This document shows, one piece after another, positions 54,001 to 64,000 of a stretch of DNA of 64,000 nucleotides (positions within the stretch are counted from its first letter, which is position 1; every line of letters begins with the position of its first letter). The DNA is from Acanthaster planci (lineage: Eukaryota). The notes under the pieces were generated by a model, which was given only the letters and a program-made list of their open reading frames with translations, did no database searches and had not been told where the DNA came from. The stretch spans positions 1,390,135 through 1,454,134 of the forward strand of contig NW_019091355.1 in NCBI RefSeq assembly GCF_001949145.1, written 5' to 3'. Position numbers and translations under genes: made by a program.

Positions 54001-57000
54001 CCAGGAAAAGGTGAACTTTGTGTTCTTGCCGATAGTTGCATCGATGTAAGTTAATGCGGTCCGGGACTCACCGACTGGAATGGTGAAAGACATGCTCCAA
54101 ATCTAGCACATGAGAAAAGAGAAATCACGGCTCGCTTGTTAGAGTCCTTACCTGTCATCATGTATACTTACACAACGTTTTGCCCATTGTATAATGCTAG
54201 CAAGTAATCAACCGCATTCTTGGAAACTTCTGGGGGTTGCCAAGGAAATGAACCCTTATCCCCTTCATTCTCAAGTCAACAACATTTGTTTATTCTGGGT
54301 TCCATTACTCCTATCTGGTACAAGTCTTCGCCAATCCTCCGTATAAACATTTCCAGTATTTTTAATCCTCTTTAAGAAAGTTTACACAATATTTACAGTT
54401 TTCATTACGTGTCTGGATAGGAAAGAGTTGTTTTTTTTTTAAGACAATAAGGCAGTAAGTTGTCCAGAAAGAGAAAAGTGTTGCATGCACTACACGGTAC
54501 TCACTTGGAGCTGCTTTTCAGAGTTATTGATGTCACTTCTATCGACAGATTTTGTTAGTGCGTCTGTCAATGTGGTTGCCGCCCCTGAGTCACTTAATGC
54601 AGAATAAAATTTCCCTCCTGGCGAAAAAGAAATACCACGTAGCTGAAAACGGTTTGGTCATCGAAAAGGAAGTGTAGAGATTGTGCTTTGTTGCCTATGT
54701 GAAAGAGACGAGAGTTCGCGTTTTGGTTCATGAACATGTCAGAATCGGTCAGAGTGGGATAGAAAATTTTCACTTGTGCATAAAAATCAGCGGCGTGAAG
54801 AGTTGAACCTAAGCGAAGGGGCATCGCCGCTGAATTGGCACTGAAAGTTCTGTCCGTCGTTTTCTGTCGTTGTGCTCTGTGAAATACCTGAAGGCGGAGT
54901 CACCTCGCCGAGTCGCGTACTGCGTCATAGCAACCGTGTTGACGGAATTGTAATTATTGCTGTTTTGTTATTGTTTTACTGTTGCTTGTTTGTTGTTGAC
55001 GTAGTGATTGTCGTTGTCTTGTTTCTTGTGAGGTAATGACGGTTAAAGAAATTACCTGTCAGTTGAGACACCTCGCTGAGTTTGGGGTCGGCATTCTGTG
55101 TCATTGCGACCGTATCGACGATAACCCTTGCCTGGAGAATATTACCCATAACAAAGTCTATAGAGGGAAAAATTGTTCCTTGGTATCCATTCAAGAGAAG
55201 AATACGGTCACCCGCTCGGTTGCTGTCACCAGACTGTATTAACTGTGGAGATGTAAAAAAGGGTATTAAGCAGAAACGACGAAAGAGTTGAGGTTCTTGG
55301 ATGCGCCCATTTAAGGAATCTCCGTCTTTTGAGCTGAGTCTTTTTCTCCGACTCGAATCAAGTCCCTCGCCTCCTTTATTGCCCACTGTACAAGAGAACA
55401 AAACCATTTTGACTAATGCTTAGAGTTGTGAGGTGCGTTCAATCCATTGTCCAGCGTTGGCAAGCTATGCACCTGTTCATTTTCCGCAAGTACACAAAAG
55501 CTTTACTCCTGGCTAAAGCTGTTAACTGGGTGCACAGCCTGTTTTTCCATTCACATGCACGGCGCATGCAGATCTAGTCACACACAGACTTTGCATCATC
55601 CATGGATCATGGTGCGTACACACTCTCCCTAATGCCTCACAAGTCCACTTGGATTCATATGTATAAGTTAGCTGCCAAAATATGCTATTCAAGTCGTCCA
55701 AATTATTTGCTATCAATATGACTGCACGGAGTTGAGGACGTTTTTACACCAACAAAGAGCAAGAATGGCGAACGGCTAATGTTGGGCCACTGTTCTGTGT
55801 CTCTTCAAACGAAGATCACGTTTACAACAGTGGAATTACATGCTTAATCACCGAAATCCCTTGGTCACCACAAGAAATTCTTTCGTATGGAAAATACATG
55901 CATTTGGGATATCATACGGAAATCATTGATAGGTAAGTTTCTAATATGTATTAATCTGTTCTGTAAAATTCTACATGTATATATTGTCATCGTTACTTTT
56001 AACTGTTCGTTCTTAAAAACAATCGACACTTCAGAATAGGGTCATGTCACAAGAGTGGTTTCATGCATGAAAAGCATGCACTTTCCAGATGCCCGATGTT
56101 TGATATGTATTTTTCCCGTTGTGCCACACACATTTTTAGGTGTGGCAAACATGTGGTTTTTCTCCTACGTGCTTTCTCCTAAAAAAATAGTAATTGATTT
56201 TCGCAGGTGTAACGGCAAATTAAAAGTCTTTACCTCAACTGCTTTGTGTAACGCGCCTCCTACAGACGCATATCCACTTGTCGATTTTGGTAGAGCATCT
56301 AGGAGGGTACGACGATCGTCATCGGTATAAATGCTAACCATGTCGCTGAGTGCGTGGGCATTGTCGTTATATTCCACCAGTCCCAACGACACACCAGCGG
56401 GGAGGGTCCAGATGAAAGCCGCTGTGGCGCTGATCATCCGCTGGAATGTCTCCCCCTGTGTGGGGAAAGTAGCAGAGAGGCTATCTGCTTGTGACGACCC
56501 ACTCGCCTGTCATATGAGTGATCGGGTTTCATATCCATGCCTTCATGTTTCAGCCAGGGCTTTCTAAATCTCTCAAAATGATCCTGACCATTCCCTACAT
56601 GTCCATGGCAAGCTGTCTGCAGAATATTAGGCTCACGTGCCGAGGGATTCTTACTTCCATTCCAGAAAATACAAACTTTAAGGCAGTGTGTTTGTCATCG
56701 ACATGTTTCCGCCAAGAATTGGATTTGAGTGGAAACAATAGGCTTAATTAGAAAGTGTTCAATTGTTTTCTCTTTGAAACAGTTGTGTTAGAATAAAACC
56801 TCTGAAATGATCACAGAGTTCGATTTCAGCAAGTGCATGTACAGTCATTGAAGAATTAAAAGTTAATAAAAAGATAATTAAAATAATAAAAAATTACAAA
56901 GTTACTTTCCAAACGAAGAAATTTTTGCACGTATTGCAGATTTGTTATTAATTAAGCACGACCGTCTCCTGGACACATTTGGAATACGTTGTAAAAAGTG

Positions 57001-60000
57001 CACACTAAAGTTTGGCCAAGGAGTTTGGATAGAAAAACTCCATACACGATGGATCTAACCCGAACATCGAAAGCGTGAATGCACCTGCATATCCCTGGAT
57101 GTTTCTAGGGCTACAACAAGCCTCGTGGGCCCACGCTGAACGATTTGAAAGGTAGGCTTGAGATCATCTTCCGAAAGCTCACGTGGCGGGTTGTTGCCAT
57201 CTAAGATAAAGAAAGAAAGTGAAGTGAAAGAGAACATCTTCAAGGCACTTTGGAAGCAAAGTCGATACACTAGTCCAATCACTTCGTTTGTTGGAGTGAC
57301 ACACTGCAAGAACGTCGAGGTAGTTGTCTCAAATTGTATTTTGGTTTGGACAAGAGAATTTGTTTTTGATTATGACTAGTTATAAATGAAAACTTCTTTG
57401 TTTGATTGGGGCCGAACTTTGCAGCTGTGAAGCGAAAGCGCCTACTAATCACGCACTTCAAATGGATTCAGCATAACGCAGCACGTCTTATTTTTTTCCT
57501 GAGCAAGTTTCTACTGTTAGGGTTGTAGAAAACACCTGCCTTTGAGGTCATCATGTCCTCTCATCACCTCCCAGTTGCTCTGACGGTCGCAAAGGTAGTT
57601 TTGCCGGTTGGGAGCATCGCGGTTGTGAAGGCTCGTGAGCTTTCCCGTATCTGAGTCGCAGAAGTCCACGATCTTTTCAGATAGAGAGAGGAAATATTGT
57701 GTTCTAGTTGAGTCTGAATCGAGCCAAGAATCAGAAGCATAGGTGAACTTGATAAAAAGGAGGAAAAGTGATGTTATGATAATTGCAAACGTCATGAACT
57801 CCTGATTAGTAACGAGCGCTAGATCTAACAAAAACCCCGGATTTACCCCCAGACCACCCGCGGCATATGTAAAAAGTGCTCTTGTATACCCACAAGCACA
57901 TTCCAGGCGTTTCAGTAGCTTAAATTTGCACTACACTGGTCCTCCATCGGCGTAAGAATTTGTTCTAAGTAGGGCTGCTTACGTTGTGAAATCTCCCCCT
58001 TCCGTACATGACTGATCCCGTGGCGTTTTGCTGTGCCTCCGAGGGGATGAAAAGGCAACTATCTTCGTACCCGTCAACGACGTTCCCATAGCACGGCCGG
58101 TAACTCACTCCATCTGACTCCACTACCATCGGCGTACCCGTTATGTTTAAAGAGCACCTGCAATAGACCTTACTCTTAAAATTTGCTCGACAGCTTGCAA
58201 AGACGTTGCTCTCCACAGACCAGCCAGCATAATTGACGCATGGGTAGATCTAGGACTTAATTTAGGGGGGGGAGGACTTGCTTTCTGTGGGGCAGAAATT
58301 TGCAATGTTCTAATGTGACCTGTCTCTCAGTGGATTGTAAACATTGTGGGTCGAGTCGGTCTCAACGGAATACTAACTCGGCGTTCCTGATATACGCAGG
58401 TGTGTTCATTTTCACAAACAACCTTGTTCAGCCCTAAAATAATAAGTCTATAAATTACTGTTCGAGGTCTGTATAGTCAAGAGTAATCTATTTAAGATTC
58501 GATCGTAAACTCGCAGAAAGGCTTTGTGAAAATCAGACATGTAATAAATTTAAAAGAAGGGGCACGGGCTTTTTTTTCAATCTCTGAAAAATTAATTTTT
58601 TTTGTCATTCAGAATGCTAACTTTTCTTTATTGCCCTGTCGTCCACTATGATGTGCATGTTTTTTACCCAGGAAGGCAAATCGTCTTACCTGATTCCTTC
58701 AAACTGCTGTGTCGAACTGGAATAATAAAACTGATTCTCCTCGTCATCGGAGACTTCATCGAACAGACCCCAGCGATATTGGCCCCATTCGTATACCAAC
58801 ACTTTTCCTGATTCCAAACGGAAAACGGTTTCGTTTCACTTGCCGGTTTCGAATTTCCAATGCAATCAGCTTCACCCTACAATCCGGCGGCCTATTGAGA
58901 CACCTGTTGAACTTTTACTTATTAATTGCCTCCTTGTTGCGTATTTGACTGACAAACACAAGAAAAGCTAACTGCTGAATTAGCCCCCAACGTAAATTTT
59001 CTGCCCAAGAAGACATCACTACAGAACTTATGATTATGTAAATTATTAGCAGAAACCAAAACTTGCTACTTCGCCCTTACAATGACAATAAGAAGTTTGA
59101 AACAGGTGTTGTCGTAACCCAAAATGCATTTCAAGAACTGTATTTAGATAGGAAAATCAGCTGACCAAGAGATGCATAGGCAATTGTTGTATTATGATCT
59201 AGGAGGAAGGTGTCCCTGAAGATGATGCTCAGCCCTTCCTGGCCGCATCCTCTGTTGCGTCTGGTGTAAGGAAGCGGCGGGGGGTTGCCATCGGAGGGCC
59301 CCACAATGACATCAGGGTCCTCCGGCCTAGCATCGACGTGGGTCAGATAGTCTGGACTCGCCGGCCAGGTCTGGGGCACGAAAATGGTAACGTTGCGGAA
59401 GTAGAGACGGCGGTCGGTCGCCCTGTACATTTCGCCTGAAGCATCCCGAAACATCTCCTGATGGAAACCAAGGAGAAACGTGACAATGAGTGAAGTTTGC
59501 TGTGACAGACAAACCAACAGTCATCCTGGATTGCGTAGCAAACTGCCGGCTCAGCTACATACTATGAATCAGAGTTGGCAGTTTGCCACACACATTTGCA
59601 TTAAAATTAAAGTAGCGCCGGTTCCCAACATCTTGATTAAACCAATAAATCAGAGCAAATATGGTGTCATACACTTCCTACTATTCCTACGGAAGCCAAC
59701 GTTGGCAGATGTGTAACGTTTAGTTGATGACTGATTTCACTTTCAATAGCACATTGGCCAGTAAAGCTGTAAGAGGGGATCACTTTAATAGTGCCACCCT
59801 GGATGGCCGAGGAATTGAATTCCAAGTCAGGCAAGTCTACACTACCGTTAGCGACTCAAATTTCTGAGGGGTAGGGAAGCCGTGACTTGTCTCTGTTATC
59901 AAGTCAAAATTGGTCGTTGTTCATAAAGCAATATATTGCTGTACCCACAGTTATGCTTTGAAATGTCCTGGGTAAATATTCTTAATATTTCCAAACACCC

Positions 60001-60312
60001 AAAGGCTAAACATTAGACCCTGAATATAGTTCCACGATTCAATAGTTTGTAATGTATCAAAGTTATGAAGACACACTGTTTTTAAAGAATTTGGTCAAAA
60101 CTCACCCTTATTTCATTCAACAGATGATCATTTGGACGAACTCCTGGATCGATGAACACAGCAACGTTGGTGTACCCGTTGTGCTGTATAGCAATGGCTG
60201 AACTACCGCCCAGTGACGACGCCTGGTGTGTGGTAGCACAGCACGCTAAAACGAGCAGGACGAAGGCCCGCCAAGTACCCTCAGCCCTCATCGCTTCCCG
60301 TGGCTGACGCAT
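51018..60312 (-). CDS. CLCA: Calcium-activated chloride channel regulator (CLCA) family protein, type I membrane-anchored, with degenerate catalytic and MIDAS sites; 15 exons, 1069 aa
   Basis: Exons (descending) 60312-60106, 59457-59166, 58807-58690, 58157-57983, 57672-57540, 57200-57085, 56455-56234, 55242-55056, 54617-54505, 54102-53991, 53821-53703, 53351-53066, 52842-52699, 52491-52273, 51784-51018 total 3210 nt in frame. Signal peptide; CLCA hallmarks NGYTNVAVFIDPGV, LYFRNVTIFVPQTW, PYT...GCGQEG, RWGLFDE, FC...HNRDAPNRQN.LC...S.WEV; VWA domain; LFDTGIGADITRNDGIYSAYF; FnIII FPPGKVTDL...LAWTATGDDFDSG; S/T-rich stalk; TM IIIICVCGGTGFLTFVILLSVSV. Confidence 0.93.
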
Positions 60313-62988
60313 GTTGTGCCAGCTCTCACATTTTTCCCGAGCACCGCTTCCGTGCGTTTCCAGAGTGCAATTAGGACTTCTGAGTCCACCTCAACATTTC
60401 CACGGATGTAATGTTCTACAGCGACGTGTCAGGTTAGTCAGTGATTGGGTCCGGCGGTGTTGACGTAGAAACAGTTCTGATATGTTTTAGCAACTCAACT
60501 AGTACCCCGTTGACCTTTCAAAAGGAACGTGGCCTGTCATATTTTTTTATTTAGAATGCTAATCAGATCCATTTATAGGTTAAATGACATGCGCACGTTT
60601 TTAACTGAAGCTGTGAAGTTTAGCTTTTTTTAGACGATGAAATACACTGCACTGCATGCACACTGAGTTGTTGTTGGCTTAAATATCTGCTGGAGACCCT
60701 GTTTCCTCTGAAGAAAAATGTCCAAAAGAAAAAGTGTAAATCAACAACGCAGGTATCGAACGGGGTCGTAGTCCTGCGTTTCAAGAAATAATCATTTTAA
60801 CAACCTATGATCGCAGAGATGTCAAGATATAGACAGTGGCGGCAGAGACAGTCTGTGGTTTCATTCAACCAGCAAATTGAAACGAAACTAAAAATGGGAC
60901 TGAATACTTGGGTTTTCACAGCAGTAAAATTGACATTTTGCTTTTTATGTCTAAAATTCCATGGAAGTTTATTTGATTCACTCGGGACATTAAACTCTCA
61001 GATTAGTGACAGTCCCGCGTTCCATGTTATAATATCCGTCGAAGCTATGGCAACTATTTTTGGCGCTGAAAATCCATCATTATCCGTCCGGACATCCCGT
61101 TCATGAAATCGAACCATCAAGCGCGAGTTTTCTTTTGAGCGACAACGCATATCAAGATGAAAAATGCTCAGTCACGGACAGCCGAGTGATTCATTATCAA
61201 CACGAATTAAAAACAACCCTTTCCCCCATGGAATTTACATCTTTAAAGGTGTTATAATCATAGTGTTTTGTGAATATTGAATTCCAAGCTAAAAACATGA
61301 AAAGGTTTGAGTCGCAGAATGTGCCCGGCAGTAGGGAGAAGATAAAAAGGGCACTTTCAAATAAGCTGATGTTCAAAACTATTATCAAATGGTTTGCTAC
61401 CGATAGTCATTGGCCTAGCGTTGCCGGCCTTCGCATTCGAGAAAGACGGAGGAAACAATATCGTGGTGAAATTCAATTACAGTCTTCTTAGGCACGTCAA
61501 CAAAACACGCAAACAATGTCCAAACTGATACGAGATACTCCTTCAAGGGAACGACGTAGCCTGCATGAGGTGTGCCTGGGTGTGTTTCGATTGGATTGTA
61601 ATAATGAGGCATTTGTTGATTTTTTGTGTCACATTTGCACATCTAAATGTCGCAAGATTACGTTTAATTGGTTTCAACTTAAATTGCACTCTTTTTGAAT
61701 GGCAGTTTTCGTTAATTAAAATGAATAAAGCTTCAAAAATAACCGACCAAAAACTTTTTTGAGTAGTTCATTTGATTCATTAACAGAGCGTGAAATTTTC
61801 CTGTCATGAATTTTTGTTCCAAGCCTAAATCCCTTGTCTGCCCCGAGGTTGGAGAGAAAAAAAGGAAGCGGCTTTATATCGAACCGCTATCTTGCTTGGC
61901 ATAATAGGGTTTATAATTGTTGCGAGTGAAACTAGGAGCTGGATAAATATTTGGACAGAGACTTCATAAAGGCTACTTCAAAGAGGGGTCTATTAATCTT
62001 CACGATTCGTTGACAGCTTCACCTTTGACAAACTACAGTGTCGATCAGAATCGGTTACGCTGGAATCGTCGATTAGGGCGTGAATTTTTTTCAAGTTGAA
62101 AGTTTTAGAAGCTGTGTTTTGTACCGGAATATTTTGTAGTTGATTTCTCAACAATCAGTCACGAATCATTCCCACGTAGTTGTTCATGAAGTCAAGTCAC
62201 GAAAAACCTACTCGTGGACAAGTTAAAGGAAATTTGGATTCATTTCTGAGTAAAACTTGCTCTCAATTTTTAACCATGTGATATTTCCTATTAGTCACTT
62301 TAAAAGTATGATAATTCACTATTACAAAATTTATTAGAATTGGGCGAACAATAAGCACACTTTTTTACAAGCCAGATAATTGACTCTTAGGAACTAAGAA
62401 CTTAGTTGGGACATTTCGATTTGTGTAGTTTCAGTAATTTGAATTTCCCCACCTATGAAACCAGAAAATTCACAACAGACCGCACTGCGGTCAGCGAAGA
62501 GGAAATTTCTGGCTTGATATTCCCGTTAAAGTGACAGAAAACTAAACGAACCTGCGGGAGTTTCGGCTCCATCACAGGTAAAAAAAGTTAGATTGTGACA
62601 CATAGACACTAGAAACTTAATACTGAAGGGAACATGACTAAAACAGCAAATTAGCTGCTCATTTCAAAATAACTGTACGCACACGTGGATGTGGTAAAGG
62701 ATACATCTTCTTTTCACGTAAAGGAGAGCAGTAAAGCAGATTTTTTTATATAGGCCCATATTTCTTTATCCCGTCATGAAATTTTGAATCGCCATTACAT
62801 TTTACTGAGATTGAGCTGAATACGAACTTCGGTTTCCAAAAGCTCCTTTTCTCTTGGCCATTTTGTCCTACTGTCTCTTTTTATCGATTCAACGAGTGGA
62901 CAGATTATCAGTTTTGATCACGATTTCAAAGGCACTTCACAAACACCCGTGTCGAATCGGGATCGTGATGACTATGAGGCTTTGGGGA

Positions 62989-63284
62989 TTATGTCTGGGT
63001 GCTAAAATAGTCTTTGGATAGGCGTAAATCGGCAGCAACTTTGCTCCCGGGCAAGACCTTGGGTGACTCGCTTCCACAGGCCGAAGCATATCCCAAGACA
63101 TTTTGTCGCCAATTTGAGTTGGACAAGCCTCGAAAAATCACACCACTGTGTTCAGCTACATGATGTTTTTTGCGTCTGTGTGTAGCACAGGTGTAGGACA
63201 ATTGACGCGTCTCATGAGAGGTCGACTGCTTGACCTCTGCACCCAGTGACGAGCCTCGCGCAAAAGATAACCTCGGGTTCTCTT
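62989..63284 (-). CDS. Possible terminal coding exon of an unidentified gene entering from beyond the right edge
   Basis: Acceptor TGTGTTTGCAG| followed by ~98 open codons (ENPRLSFARG...DYFSTQT*), GC-richer than the flanks. No recognisable domain. Confidence 0.3.
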
Positions 63285-64000
63285 CTGCAAACACACAGTG
63301 AGGCTGCGTTACAATGTTGTCATTTTTTCTGTTGAAATTGCAAAGATGATAAAGATAAATCGGTAAGTGGTTTGCCGCGTGATGGTGCTATTCTAGAAGG
63401 ATACAAATCGATACATGTAGCAACCTTTAATTAAAAGCTCTCAGTTTTGCTTCCCATGGTTATACAAGACAGAGATTTTGGATGTATCCCTTGTTTGTAA
63501 CAAGGGATACAAGGAACAAAGTTGTACCTCGAACTGGTAAACGAGACAGAGCAACCATGATAGCTGAAAGGACCTTTAAATGAGGGCGCTCTTGCCTCCT
63601 ATTCGAATCTTTATTCGTAGATGTTAAACAGCACGCGTGCAGATGTAAAGTGTGCTCCCACGGCATCATTTCCTATTTTCGGGACTGTGAAACTATTGTG
63701 ATGAAAAACTTTTGCTTAAAATGGACGACAAATGCTTCCAATTTGAAACTAACAAATCAAATTTAAGCTCATATGACCATCTTCTCATTCCTGTTCACTT
63801 TTTTGTTGGTTCTCCGATGACTTCGGAAGGATAGTTTCCTCCAAATGGGAGGTACCCTGTTAGTAATAATCTTGAAATGAAATTAGGAAGAATGAATTCA
63901 CTGCATACAGCACGAGACTTGAGCGAAGAGAAACGATCCTGGTTGTTAATAAATCGATATGGCTGTTCGAAGCTGCGCAGCCTCTGCATGCTCTTCATGC

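Noticed and set aside
44636..60312. Functional coupling of the adjacent TspanC8 (ADAM10 regulator) and the protease-dead CLCA
   Set aside because: Convergent adjacency in an animal genome is not evidence of a pathway; it would need conserved synteny and co-expression.
51018..60312. CLCA as a pseudogene
   Set aside because: All 15 exons join in frame without stops, and the splice sites are intact.
1..64000. CRISPR arrays, rRNA, intact tRNA, conserved miRNAs, intact transposase or RT ORFs
   Set aside because: None recognised by eye. tRNA-like boxes occur only in degenerate SINE heads. Lineage-specific small RNAs cannot be excluded without a search.

Overview
Intron-rich eukaryotic genomic DNA. 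The repeat types and gene content suggest a marine invertebrate, possibly an echinoderm (inference only). There is one assembly gap (30808-31183). Three multi-exon genes could be reconstructed by hand with consistent splice phases. (1) A + strand hnRNP A/B/D-type protein (28632-35702, 389 aa) with two RRMs, a Gly/Tyr/Gln-rich tail, a PY-NLS and a likely 3'UTR intron. (2) A + strand TspanC8 tetraspanin (44636-48432, 390 aa) with an unusual ~135-aa Gln-rich, PPxY-bearing N-terminus and tandem RFX X-boxes upstream. (3) A - strand membrane-anchored CLCA-family protein (51018-60312, 1069 aa). The CLCA is the most interesting object. Its ORF is intact, but the HExxH zinc motif reads YEWGQ, four of five VWA MIDAS ligands are changed, and an RxxR|SV convertase-type site lies about where CLCAs normally self-cleave. 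This suggests a pseudo-enzyme that may be processed in trans. The first 28 kb has no recognisable protein. It holds several promoter-like, donor-terminated segments on the - strand (possibly alternative 5' exons of a gene lying left of the window) and repeat remnants.
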